Source: Harriotta raleighana
Taxonomy: Eukaryota
Direction: 5' to 3'
NCBI GenBank assembly: GCA_050575255.1
Contig: JBNZDD010013714.1
Coordinates: 8,491,851 to 8,555,850 of the forward strand
Length of the DNA: 64,000 nt
Positions 35,722 through 49,352 of this stretch are shown here, piece by piece. The notes beneath the pieces are model-generated. The model saw nothing but the letters and a program-made list of their open reading frames with translations, was not told where the DNA came from and did not search any database. A program made the translations under genes and the position numbers. How positions within the stretch are numbered: the first letter of the stretch is position 1; each line of letters begins with the position of its first letter.

Positions 35722-38591
35722 TCACAAAATGAATAAAGATTCATTGAGCGGATTTGGGGTTTCAGAAATATAAGTGACAATATAATGAGAGGATAAGTTA
35801 AATGCAGTACACCTTTATTCCACTTGCTTAAACTATCAAAATGCATAGCTAATGAAGCAGTACAATGCAGTGATGCACATGGCAGTGAAATAATATATTA
35901 GCAAAGGCAAAATATTACCTGGTAATAGTAAAGAGGAATGAGTGCTCAGTATGTTACAAAGTGGTATTCAAATTAATTGAAATTTGAATAACAGAAATCC
36001 TAACTATTTTGCAAAAGAAACTGCCAGTGAAGCATTTGATGTTGCTCAACTCGTCTGATTAGAAGGTCAAATAGGAACTATTCAACCAGCTGTGTTACTC
36101 TATCAATGGTCTATTGTCAAGGACAGATGTACAAACACCTGACAGCTCATCAAAGGGATTGGATGTATGCACTCAGAGTTACTAACTGTGTTGCTACACC
36201 AGTGGTGCTTACAGCACTGCTTGTGGCTCTAGATATGTTTGTATTGTATGATCTTTCCTCTCTTTGGCCCCTTCACAAAATAACATTGATTGCAGCCAAC
36301 TCCCTTTCACCTATGGCAGAGCTGGTGCTGAGGTAGTTATTGGATCTGTTCATGGTTTGCTTCCAGAGCTCGGACTCAGCACTTTGCCCTTCCCCTGCTG
36401 TCCAGTGAGAGAAAGCCAGGGAATCCTACTGAGAGATAGACTTTATCCAGTATCCACAAATGAAGTAAAAATGCTCTATTAAAACTCTAGGTTGTAAAAC
36501 TTTAATGGAACTGTTGTTTCCTGTGTATTTCCCCTTTCCTTCTGGGAAAAGCCTGGCTTCTATTGGCAGCTGCCCACAGTGAAACGATTTAAATCAGGAG
36601 ATCACCATATGGAGAATTGTGTGCACAGATCCACATCCTATCACAATGAGCCAGGGGTACTGTTCTCTCCAGAGAATGGCACAGACAAAACAATACTATG
36701 TTGGCCCCCAACCCCAACATTGCTAACATTTTGATAGATCAAGGGGAAATTGGGAGCTGATTGGCATTGTGAACTACAATGCTGGCAATTCTCATCTGGG
36801 AATCTAGGCTTGTACAATGTATATCTCAGCCCAATGAACATCCCCTTTCCCTGCCAACTTTAATGATCCTGACTGAAATACGTTGAACATCTTCAGCTCA
36901 GTTTTTAAATTATATGACTCCACTATACAAAACCATAACGTGGCACTAAATTGGCCGTCTCTTTCCCTCACTAGACACCAGCACAAGGATGAAGTGGGAA
37001 ATGGAAGGAGAAGGAGCTCTTCTGAGGGTAAATTGGCCTGGCTTCCCGGAATTCATAGTGGGAATAATAAAAATAACTCCTTATTTCAGATTTCCTCTTC
37101 AGATGTGTTTTTAAGGTAACAGAAATAAATGACACCATGTTGATTTATCCCTGACAGTAAGATTCCGTGCATCGCCGATCTCTACAGATAACAAATAAAC
37201 ACCATGTTCTCTTCATTGTTTGCAGTCTTGATCAAATTGTACAATGATGCAGCATCTAGGGCCTGAAATTCCTTTGTTCATATTTTAAAAAGTGTTGAAA
37301 GCTTGGCCAACGAAGATCCAGGTTACCAACCACAAAATCACATCAGTGTTGAGAGAGACAATGGCAATTTTGATGTCTTGATCAAAAGCCTGGCATTCAA
37401 TGAACAAGTATCTCCAATGATACGTGTTGCACATCACGCAGTACCTTCAACAATCCAACTAGACTCTGGCTAATAAATGCAATAAGTCAATTTAATCCAG
37501 ATGTGACATGCAGAATGTAATGAGGCAGTTGGAGCCACAGAAACATCATAAAAGTAGAATTGAGACAAAAGAAAAATACAGAAATCCATGTAAGACAAAG
37601 AAGACAAACTAACATCAGGAAAGATGCTCAGTGCAATGCCTCATCAATGAAATCTCATTTGCAGCACTCATTTGTAAATATATATATATTTAATCATGCT
37701 TTTTCAGCTGGAAGCAAAATCTTAATATTTAGGTGTAATATATCATAATTTCACATCATAATACTGTACTATGAATTGATTCTGACTCTATATTTCCTGC
37801 TCAAACCCCTGATGGTGACATTGTAAGTAATTTTGCATATTGGAGCACAGTCTTTTACAGTGAATGACTAGCATATGAGCATGAATATGTGGACTGCAAT
37901 CATTGGGTCATTTTTGGCATGTTTTCAAGCTACTACTGGCATTTTGGCACAAGAGTACAGAGCAGAGGGAGTCCCATGCTGATAGTTAAACAAGACCATT
38001 CACCCTCCCATAATTAGCACTAACATTTCTCTCAAGAAAGGCTACAGTCCTTTTGAAATCCATGCTGTGTGTCGCATAGGGGTCTGCATGGTAGTTTGGT
38101 TTGATACGTTTCTGGCAGCAAATGGAAACAGCACACTAGTTGTGTGGCTATCCCTCCTCCATTATGGCATTACTAACACTTCAAGCTGATTTAACAGTCA
38201 GAGTATTGTATGAATATACAGGCAGGGTAACAGGTTGTGGGCAAATATTTCGTCACTTCGAATTACTAATATCCTCATTTTCAAATATACACAGAAACCC
38301 CAGCAGAAACCCACTGAACTACCATTTTTATCACCCCTGTAGTGACACTGTGACAGCTTTCTCTTTGTTAAAATCAATAACTCTAGCTTTGGGATTAAGT
38401 ACTCATTTTTCAACGCACCTTTCCAACTGAACAATGTTCTCCAAATTTCTTCATAGAGACATTCAACGATACCTTTCAGAAGATTAAACAGAAGCCCCTT
38501 TTCACTGCAGATTTGAAGGATAGAAAAAGTTTTGGAAATTGTGCTCGACATTTCATGGGCAGACTTAACTGATATCATCCCCCCACTCCCT

Positions 38592-38593
<2 letters not shown>

Positions 38594-38629
<36 letters not shown>
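38594..38629. repeat. (CA)n microsatellite
   Basis: Direct observation. Many more (CA)n, (GA)n and poly-C/G tracts occur at 3.9-15.1 kb and 53.0-53.5 kb. Confidence 0.95.
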
Positions 38630-38634
<5 letters not shown>

Positions 38635-41600
38635 CTATTTGCACACATCGAACTATTCCTTAACATTTACAATACAGCATAAAATTTGGGTCTCAGTGAC
38701 TAAAGAGTAGAAAAATAAATGTGATAGATAACACTTTGACAATGTAATTCTAAAAATTATAATCAGCAACAAAAGCAATCTTCACCCACAACTTTACACC
38801 AACCAGAATTTAATGCCTTAATAAGAGCTTTTACTTAAGCACAATGGATCAGTGAAGACATTTAAGCAATACAAGTTGCGCTATTTTTCTCTTCTCCTTA
38901 GAAGCAGAAGACATATCCTCTGTGTAGCAGTCCTAACTACTTCTTTTCTGACTGAAGATAATTATATGTTATTCAATGAGTGGTGCTCATATTTTGCGCT
39001 GCTTCGTGACTGAAGATTAATATCTGAAGCATGATAGTGCAGGCAGATTGCACAGATATTAATCGTAACCTGTGCATTGGTGCAAATGAGCAGAGGATAT
39101 TGAATAACAGATTTATTCCAGGCCTCTTGTTATAGGTTCCCTTTTATCAGAAAGGAAGTAAGATTTGTTCCTTAAATCAATAACAGTAAGAGGCAATCAA
39201 AATAAAGGAAGAAATGGATAGAAGTAGCAAAGATGGTGAAGTAGTTCAGCTTCTATCCTTTTCCCATGCAGGATACCAGACTGGACACAGGAGCCTGATA
39301 TTTACTCCTCATTTGATGTATAGTTGGATTTGGAAATAAAAGAAGAATATTTGTCAAAATTCGAAGTGCTACTGCTCACTTTATTGCGGTACAGTAACTG
39401 AAATGTTGAATAAATTAAGTCAATGCAAGCATTTAAACTACAAAAGCAATGTAGGCCATTAGATCACAGCACAAAGGTCTATTTGTGCTGGTATAACGTT
39501 GCCAGTAATATTCCTTTGAGACATCAGTTTACACCTCAGTCAAAGGGAGGATATTGCATGTTATTAGGGGCAAGTAAAGAAAACAATTAGATAATCATGA
39601 TCTTTAGTTCATTTGTGTGTATTCTGTTCAGATGGCCTTTATTTTATAAGTAAATTTAGGGTCACAAGTCAAATACACACAAGCAGGGTCACTGAGCACA
39701 CAGAAGATTGGAACAAAGACTAAAGCCATAGGGTAAAAAAATCCCACTGAGGGTTAATCTAGCAGAAACGTATCAAAGGCTGTAAACCACCCTTGTCTTT
39801 GTTATTCATCATATGGGAATTTGTTCACATATCCTGCTGATTTCAATTGGAGTGAGCATCATCATTGAATTCCTTGTCTTTCTAGTCTTTTCATGTAGAG
39901 CTTTAAAGCCTTATAGAATGCCTTATATAAAAAAAACTCTCAAACGCCTCAAAAAAGCACAATGTCACAACAGCCAGCCTTTCTTTCCCGCAAACAAAAT
40001 GTTTGCGAGCAATAAATTTGGAACAAGCCAGTGTACCTCAACCCTTATGAGTTTGTATTTATTTATTCGGCAATCCAAATTTATACCGATTTGCAGACTT
40101 AACAGCATAATTTTATGTCTAGAATTATCCAATTAATATGCTGGAGTTAAGATTGGGTGTGGAAAAACATTTTGGCCTTACTCCAGGACTGTTTGCAACG
40201 GTTCATTGCAGGGAATGGGAATGGAAAAACAACTTAGCAAAATAATAGGTAGTTTTTAACTCTAAATTCCCAACTGTATCCTTCACCAATTGCCTTCAAA
40301 CCCATTACTACTCTGCAAAGCGGAATAAATCTCATTCAAACCTCAAATACTTTTCATATCACAAATCAGTTAGTCATGTTGGGGATAACATGACAGTCAA
40401 AAATGAGTACACAAAAACTGCATTTAATTCATCCCTTGCATCCTCACCATAAACCACCATCTACATACACTACGTAGAAATTCTGTCTGCATACTGCAGT
40501 TTGAACTACTTGGCGTCCCATTTTAAAACAGACTGAAACATAAATGATGCTTAGCACTTCACACGAGCATAGACAACGGCATAAAATATTAAACTGTAGA
40601 CAGTAGGAAACTGAGGAAAACCAATGGAGCTTCATTCAGAGCCCACCTTCAGGATCAGCCGAGTCTCTTCTGTTTACATCTGGCAGAGAAAATGCTTGAG
40701 ATTCGCCTTGTTTTCATCGGGCTTTTGCACGTTGTCATGATATGAGTCTCAGGCTTTACCTTTGTGTGGTTTGTTCTCTTCTATTTTTGAATTATTTTTC
40801 TATTTTGTTGCAAATTTTGGCCAGCAATTTATTTTAGCAAATGGACGCACGGGCACTAATTCCCACACAGAGAAGATTTGGAAATGTCCAGCACGGGTTC
40901 AGTGATTATTCAGGTATTTGATTAATAATCAATTCGAACTGTGGTCTGTTTAAACTTCCATCACAAATCCCATTAAAATTAGGTCACACATGGAATGAAA
41001 TCCCGTAAGGCTGTCCTCTACAACAGTGCTTAGTAAAATTACTTGAAAGGGTAATGATTAAGGACTTTTAACAATTATTCAACCAATAATCAATTATAGC
41101 TCATGTATAATTTATTAATAAACCTGTGCTTATCACTTCACCTACATCTGTTTATTTTTAAAAAAAATTATGCTTCTAAATACTGGTTAAAGTAGGCACA
41201 AATAGACAGCTAGTTATTTGCGAATGTGTTTTTTTCAGGAAAAAATACATTCTGAATTGGGTTTGTTTTGTAAGGTGTAGTTCCCATTGCATACCTACAC
41301 AATAGCCACCAGTCTGTAGTGGGTTAACAGCCAAATTACACTGACAATATGGTTGTAAAGTTCTCTCCCTCTACAGACAGCGGAGCCATTTCCTGTGCTT
41401 TGACATAGGTTTTACTGCATTTTTGCAGTACTAGATGCCAAAGAGGATGGGATTATGCTTAACTACAAAGGATTTCACTCTCAGTGAAAATGGAATTAGG
41501 ATTTTATATTAGAATTTTAATTTGTTAAATTTCATTTCACAATATGGTCCAACTATCTGGCATTGCGGTATGTATACCACAAACTCATAAGGAGCTTGTC

Positions 41601-44287
41601 AAGGATCTCTAAAGCTCTGAAGCACTGATGCTTTGAAGTGCACTTGGCAATGGTTCCTTCCTTTGTTGAAGAGTAACTAGGTGGTCCTGACGGTATAGAT
41701 AATAAATATTGTTTATCTTTTCCCTCTTTTGATTGAAGCTTCAGATTAAAGGGACAATGGCCTTTTTGGTTGGCTTGCTTGAGGAATAATTCAAAAATCA
41801 AAGGCGTTGAGACATCTTATAAAACAACAATTTCACATTTCTATGAAAAAAAAGCCACCTTAAAAAAACACTGCCGTTTCTTTTGAAATTAACTTTTTGA
41901 ATTTTCATAAGTATTTCCCGAGACAATCCAATAGATAAGACAACAGAATGCACTAAAACTGTTTTTCACAACAAACATATCAGCAGAAGCCGTCGTTAAG
42001 TTGCACTTGGGTTGAATACTTCCAAAATGTATCCTGGAAAAGAGCTGGAAGATACTGAACAGAATTAAATATTTATTCAAAGGAGATTGAGGATAGGAAT
42101 TGATGATTGCAAAGATGGTCCCTTTTTAGAAACAGTATGTAGGTTGAAAATCAGATTCATTCTCTACTCCTTGCAGTTTTCCAAACGTCCCCCAAAAGTA
42201 CAATTGCTTTTGATGTCCTCTCCCCTTGCTAATAAAAGCTGAGTGATTTGGATTTCAAATATAGGAACTATAGGTGTCCCTGGATCAGATCATTCCCTGG
42301 TGGCTTTGAGTCACTCTTGGTCCAGACTGTTGCTTGGCTTTGGGAGCTATCTACCTGCACAGTTGCTATTAACGTGGCTCAGTCAACTTGAGTCAAAAGG
42401 TGGCAATGTTTGATTTGAAACAGCCTGCAGATGCACTGACCTGACACTTACTAGTATTGTCTGGCACCACCATACCCTTTTCTTTCTAAAGTTTTATGCA
42501 TGTTAGGCCAGCTCAGAGCCCTTGGTTGAATCTCGCTGCCTTTAATAGATGATATTTTACACATCTCGTTAATATAGGTACACAACCACTGTCTTGTCCA
42601 CTCTTTCCCATCTTCAATTCACACCTGAAGACTTTCCTTTTCGATTGTGCCTATGTTACCTCCCCTTTCTCCACAGCTTAGTGTTAAAGTACACAATTAT
42701 TAAGTGCTCCAAAACGCTAACCCACATGATGGGCGCTAAATCCATATTATTGTTGCCTCTGCATTTAAGACTGTTAAGGGCCAAAGTTCTGCTTTTTCTT
42801 ATCACAGAATTATTTGCTAGTACAAAACAAAATAATATTAGAAAGTGTGATGAATTGCAGCCCGCGCACCACTAATGATATTTGGGGGGCTTCACTCTTG
42901 TCTGTTTCATCAGTGGCAATTTTGATACAATAAAAAAAAGAGTTGGTTCCCACAGTAGCACAAAACTACTGAAGTGTTTAATCTTTTCCCCTGAAAAATA
43001 CCAGTTCCGCTTTTGGGAGGAAATACAGAGTGTAGCATCCAGATTCTAAAGGTGGCAGACAAAGCAATTTTCACATCGCAAAGAACAGTAAGTGGGTTAA
43101 AGTGTGAGACATTGCTTCTTAATCGCTCTACGTCAAACCCTTATCAAGTATAACACATTGTTTGGTCTAAACTATTCTTAGTGAAATAGACACAAAAATA
43201 TATTGGAGCTAGACGTAATACACACGCAAGCTGAGCATTGCTGACGAAAGTTCCCTGAATTAAATGGTTGATAAAACAGATCAATCTGACCCACAAGAAT
43301 CATGGTAGTCATCTTTCGGCATATACTCAATAGTCTATTTTGTAATGAATACATGCCCAGTATTTACATTTCCACTCATTAGACATACATTGTATGTCTT
43401 ACCTCTGAGAAAACATATACAAATTCCCCTTCTTCTTTGCTATTTGCAGTTGTACATCGTTGTTCCCAAAAGGAGTCATGTCCAATCTATAGCCACAGAT
43501 GACATCTCAGAGTTGGGAATGCTCTTTCACATCAAAGACCTAGGTTAAAGTATGACAATGTTAAAGGCCAGAAAAGATTATTGCAATGCACCTGCCCAAA
43601 CTCACCACTTCTCACGTGGCTCTCATCCTAATACCTAATACGAGGAATGGGAACAGATGAGAAGAGTTCCATGGGTACATCCCTCACATCCAATGTATCA
43701 ATGTTAGATTTTCACAAAAATTAAGGCATGGTTGTAAATCAAGTAACTTTCTTCAAATACTGCCAGTTCTGTGGCCAACATTTTTAACAGAAATGCCTGA
43801 CGTGCATTCCACCCATTCAAGCTGTCCATGTTGCCAGAGACTGCCACATGCAGATTTCTCTCAAATGCAATATCAACAATAAGACACTCAGTGTGCTGGA
43901 GCGCAACCTATTTACTTGGACCATGATTATTAATATTAAATCTCTCGTTGAATTTGGGCACACCAGCAAGTTGGGCCTATTTGCATCTAAATAGAATCTT
44001 ACCCCTGTGGCTGCAGAAACTTGTCTCTAGCTGTAAACACCAAGTTACATTATCAACATATGTAAGGGAGTATAAGCATAAAACAACTTTTACAAAAATT
44101 GTGACAATTCTTCTATTGACATTTTTGTTTCTGTGATCAACAACCTGTCATCTCAAGACCTCAATGATGACCTGCCATATTTTCGCTAACATTGATGCAT
44201 GTGTTACTGTCTCGATCAGTGTGGTTTCGTGCTGTAAACTATGTGATCTGAATGCTGCCTCACCTTCTCTTTAGCACTTCAACAAAC

Positions 44288-44380
44288 AATAATCATCTTT
44301 GCATTTGATGCCATGCAATCGTGATTCACTGTAAAGTGGAGTGACTGTGTATTTTGTTGGTGAACATTTGTTGGTGAAAA
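44288..44380 (-). mobile_element. Degenerate Deu-SINE tail fragment
   Basis: AATAATCATCTTTGCATTTGAT...GTAAAGTGGAGTGACTGTGTATTTTGT. Confidence 0.55.
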
Positions 44381-44559
44381 CAAAGTGTGTTGTTATACCC
44401 TGTGTATATATATATACATATATATAAACAAACAAAGTAAACTTTAGATTCGATAAAATAATTTAAATGTTCCTTCAATCACCAAACAAACCCTTTATCT
44501 GGCTGTATTTTCAAAATTTCACATCCCTGGAAAACAGGAAGATAAGCTTTTTGAGTGCT

Positions 44560-44650
44560 GCATGGGTAAAGGCAGTCCCATTGTATAACTCCACAGAAGG
44601 TTGCAGGTTTGATTCTTGGTCTTATGTGCTGAGTTAGCTGATCTCGGCTT
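44560..44650 (+). mobile_element. tRNA-derived SINE head (second family)
   Basis: GGGTAAAGGCAG...CAGAAGGTTGCAGGTTTGATTCTTGGTC (decayed B-box), then TGTGCTGAGTTAGCTGATCTCGGC. Confidence 0.55.
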
Positions 44651-46659
44651 GATATGTAATTCAAGTGATACAAGTGACTTCAGTACCTCTGAATTCTGAA
44701 TGGGGGGAATAAAAATCATTCTGCCTTCAGGATTCCTTGTAAAGAAATCCTTCTAAAAAAAAAGCACAAATTATATCTCTACGTTACACAAAAGATCCAA
44801 AAGAGACTGAATGCCAGCAAAGCTACAAGGAATGAGTCCAATTAGTAGGCAGCTAGCACTCCTTGGAGTACATCAACCACAGGACCTGCAGAGGCTGGTA
44901 ACCTTCCACACAGAAGACATCAGCGGCGATCAGAAACCATATTTATTGCAATGACAAAACAAAAGCTAAAGTGCATGGAGGAACAAATGCAATGAAATGC
45001 GGCGGTGGTGGCGGAGCATTATTGGATTGATTTCACTTGGGGCTTTTGTGAATTATGTTTTTCTCTCACTTTGGAAATAAACTCAGTGAACTACTTCAAC
45101 CGACGCAATCTCCTACATTCTTTGTCTTTCGCTAAATACTGGGGCCATTTCCTTTTCATGGCACTACAGACGTGGCTCAATACAGTATTTGAAGAAAGTT
45201 ACTTGATTTACAACCATGCCTTGATTGTTGTGAAAATTTGGAATTTTGCTGACCCTTAACCTACCTTTGTACTCTCGGGAGGCTACACAACTGGTCTTCA
45301 GAGATACGTGACACCCCCTTAATCATGTGATGTAATTATTATGTCATTCTGATTGATGAACCACTGTTTGCTGAAGTTCAGTGAAAGTATTGGTTTAGCT
45401 TTTTACATTTTAAGAGCACGGTAAGAGTCGTAGCAACAAAGCTTTTTACTTAACAGATCTTCAAACAACAATGAAGTGCCTGTGTGTGTTGCCCTGCTCA
45501 TCACACGTGGACTGCTTTTTGAAAAGGATTCCCGAAAAGTGTTCTTTATGTATTTTGTTGTCATAGCGTACACACTTTCTTTTCTCAATTCTATATGTTA
45601 CGGACAGGAACTTTGAATAAAATAAACCTGATACCGCATACGAATAAAACAAAATGATAAAATGCAATTTTTGCTAGAATGCATTCTGGGTGGATTCACA
45701 ATGAAATACAGTAAATAAAAGTGCTGTTTGATCATTTGAGGGTTGCCACTGACATCACTGCCTCCGGGAGGCTTCTATGTGCCAGCTTGAAAAACCTCCT
45801 CAGCAAGGATGAATAGTGGGACAGCTTCCATCAGGAGGAAAAGGAATTATATCTTTATGTCATGAGGGTAGAATGAGATTTTAGCTCAACTACTTGATGT
45901 AAAGACAACGGTGAAATGCTTTTAACCTTTGGCCTGCTGAAAATCCATCTGAAATCCATCTTTAGCAGTATAAGGGTTAACACATGAGTCCAGTCACTAG
46001 CTAGAATTAAAGTGCACTATTTGCCACCTTCAGACCTGAAATGATTCCATCTTAATATTGAATCATGGGGCAGAATCCTCAGTTCCATGTTACACTATAT
46101 TCTGTCCTGGGTTCAAGCCCTCTGTGAATTCTATTCTTTGTCTCCAATGAGGGTATGTTCAGCATAGTGGTCACTCACTTCAGATGGGATGTGGAGGCAA
46201 AACATGGAAGACTCACAGAGGAGAATGTTAAAGCTCCCTCTGCATTGTAATTAAACTCAGTGTAACTTTCATTTAATTATCTGGTTGAAGACTACCATTA
46301 TTACAGACGTGCTGGAACACATTGGAAGGTGCAGATTCTAAGATTTGTTTTAATTTTATCACTTGTGAGTTGTCGGCTTTTACTCACCAGTGTAATTGTT
46401 TCCCTTTGCGCAGCCTCTGTGAATACGGCTTGCAATCTACAAATAAACAAGTGTGTTTTCCCCTGATAGCTGCATTACCCTTTTTCTTCTAGATTTCAAC
46501 CTTGGGGTTCAACACGTAGTCTAAATGTTGCAATTTTTTATGTATCTTTAAGAACATGCAAGCCTGTGATAGAGGCAGAACTACAGCTCTTCCCTTGACA
46601 ATCCCCTCCCCACATACTCCCCCCACATACTCCCCCACCACCCATCCCCAACAAACGCT

Positions 46660-46710
46660 CCGGGACTCTACCCCGTGTGAAGGGCTCTATATAAATGCAA
46701 GTTGTTGTTC
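46660..46710 (+). mobile_element. L2-type 3' tail with (TTG)n
   Basis: GGGACTCTACCCCGTGTGAAGGGCTCTATATAAATGCAAGTTGTTGTT. Confidence 0.65.
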
Positions 46711-47061
46711 TGTGTGTTGAGATTGTAAAAACAAGGTGGCGATTACACTTCCAGTTGTTGGTTTTTGGGCGCAGGTTACTAGGACAGCAATTTACGCAGA
46801 ACTAATGCAATGATCCCACTAACAACCAGGTGTTTGTTGAAATCTTAAATTAATAGCACGGTTCCAAATTAAAGGCTTAATTCAGCTTTATTCAACATTG
46901 TAAATGGTGATTGGGGGGGGCTAAGGGAACCCACTTCCAGTACTTCCAAGGACATTTGTAATCATTATAAATGATTAGATTTACACGGCATATTAGACCC
47001 CTTTTCTCCCTTGTGTAAATCAATGTTGATGCCACGCTTGCAATAAGCTGCACAAATCCTT

Positions 47062-47345
47062 GTCTCCTACCTTCAAAATTATATTGATGTCTTGGAGAGG
47101 GTCAAAGAGAGACCAGTGATTCTTGGGCTTGAGGCTGTGTTTTTAAGGGGAGACTCGCAGACCTGAACTTGGTTTCATTACAATAGATCATAGGAGAGTG
47201 GGAGATTGCACTCTTTGCAACATTGAAAGGAATGGATAATGCATGTGTAAGCAGGCTATGTGTTAGACCACAGGGCACAGAACATAGGCATAGGTTCAGC
47301 AGGGCTTGAGTGAGTGGAGGTTAGAAACATGTGTTCTCTATTGAG
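47062..47345 (+). mobile_element. Highly diverged CR1 ORF2 C-terminal fragment
   Basis: TCTCCTACCTTCAAAATTATATTGATGTCTTGGAGAGGGTCAAAGAGAG encodes a decayed SP...DI..LERVQRR motif, followed by CR1-like remnants. Confidence 0.55.
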
Positions 47346-47534
47346 TTGTTCCCCTTTTCAAATACTCAGAGTCCAAGCCTCACGGTGGCATTGAGATGGG
47401 GACAGGGATTGCTAAGATTGCTAAGGGGTTGCATTATGCACAATCTTGTGAGCTGCAAGTCAAGCTTTACCTCTTGATATTTACTGCTAAGTGCTTTGCA
47501 TTGTGATAGAAACTGATTTGGTATTGCTATACAG

Positions 47535-47872
47535 AGGTACAGTGCATCTGGACCCACCTCAGTAAAATGAATGACTGAAGGTGCTTTCAAACCAATGCCC
47601 AGGTGGACGTTACAGATCCAATGACAGCAATCAAAAAATTAAGGGAGTTTTTCCTGGTTTTGAGGCCAATAATGTCCCACATAAAATTGGTAATTCACTT
47701 CATGGCTGCTTGAGGGATATTGTTGAGCACAATTTGGCTGCTGCGTTCATCTATAAAATGTACAGTATCTACACATCAGTTATTGCAGTGAAGTGTTTTG
47801 AGACATTGTCCTAACATGAAAGACTACATCAAATGCAAGGATTATTATTATTATGATTATTATTGTGATTAT
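47535..47872 (+). mobile_element. Deu-domain SINE (core + tail), diverged
   Basis: CAGGTGGACGTTACAGATCC...GGGAGTTTTTCCTGG...CACAATTTGGCTGCTGCGTT...GTGAAGTGTTTTGAGAC...AAATGCAAGG(ATT)n. Confidence 0.8.
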
Positions 47873-49061
47873 TCTCATAAGTGGACCTTGTCTGAATATA
47901 ATTGAGAATCCCAGTTGTACAAAAATATGCATTTATATATTTGTAGAGTTGAAAAGACCATGCCATGTATTCACCGACTGTTAAATAACTCAGATTTTCC
48001 TTATTTTGGGCAGAGGTTCTGGGTGACAATCTTTATGTTGACCAGCACAACAATCTTCAGTAGTTTTGTAACTCCTGATCAGATCACCCATCCCTACAAC
48101 TGCTCAGCTGCTGCCTTGCGATCATCATCAATGGAGCTACTTTTCATAAAATCACAAACAATGTTTCTGTGTCATTTTGCAAATGTGGTTTAAGATTAAT
48201 GTCATTTTGCAATATAATATTACAGTTAGAGTGTATCTAGCAGTCCAGAATTCGCTCAAAATTGTGCATAGATATACTTCCATCAATAAATCCACACTCC
48301 CCCTACCTTGACACAGCCATACAACCTCAGTGATTGACATTATCACTACTAAATGTCTGTCTCTGAAAGAAATGTCTCCATTCCAAAATTAGCTAGCCAT
48401 CCACATCAAAATAACTTGAACGTGGTCTCATTTCACCAGGATATTGATCCCCTTCAGTTTACTGGATTAAATGCTGGCTTCCCATAAAAAGAGTAGCCGC
48501 TTTGTCTTTGTTTTGGACCGATACATACACGTATGTCTATGTACAATCCATACACTATTACTGGGTTTGAGAGTGCTTAATATTTGTGTGTAATGTTACA
48601 AAGCAGATCATCAAATCGGCGGTAGAATGGCATGAAGTTTCTTTCATATAAATTCTGCGCAAAGTGAATTTATTCCAAAGGTTTACAATAAAAGTGTATT
48701 GTTTCTGATCGATAGTTTATCCCTGCTCGCCTTCACTTGATGTACTGCAAGGTTGCAAGTTGCTCTTTCTTTTTGTATATTGCACGATAATTGCACATTA
48801 ATGCAATTTATTTTCTGCGCCTGATATCTCTGTTATTTGATTCAGATTTGCTTTTGCATTTCTTGCATAAGTACATATCACTGAATACCCAGGCGTATGG
48901 TGTGACGTGTTTGTTATAAGGTCATGCTTCAAGTGTACCTATCTAAGAAATGGGGCATGAAGACATTTATTTACTTTGTACTGATTTTTCTTTTGTGTTT
49001 CTTTTCTGTGGGTAAAATTTCTTCTAATTACTGTGTTACTATTTATATAATTAATGAATTG

Positions 49062-49352
49062 TAGGTGCTGTCCTGTGAATGAGATGTTAAATTAAGGGCC
49101 CTTCTGCCTATTGAGGATGATGTTAAAGATCACTTTGCAGTTTTCAAATAGTGAGAGGCATTTCAACCAGCATCTTGGCCAACAATCCTCCAGAGAAAAA
49201 AAATGGTAATTCACTTCATAACTATTTGTGGAACAGTACTGTACACAAACTCTTCTTCAAATGCACAGATACAACACATCAGAGAAAACTCTGTGAAGCC
49301 CTTTCAGACGTGATAAAAACTAAATCAAATGGAAGGATTAGTATCATTATTA
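49062..49352 (+). mobile_element. Deu-domain SINE (core + tail), diverged
   Basis: GGTGCTGTCCTGTGAATGAGATGTTAAA...GATGTTAAAGATC...CTTGGCCAACA...CTGTGAAGCCCTTTCAGACG...ATCAAATGGAAGGATTAGT. Confidence 0.7.
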
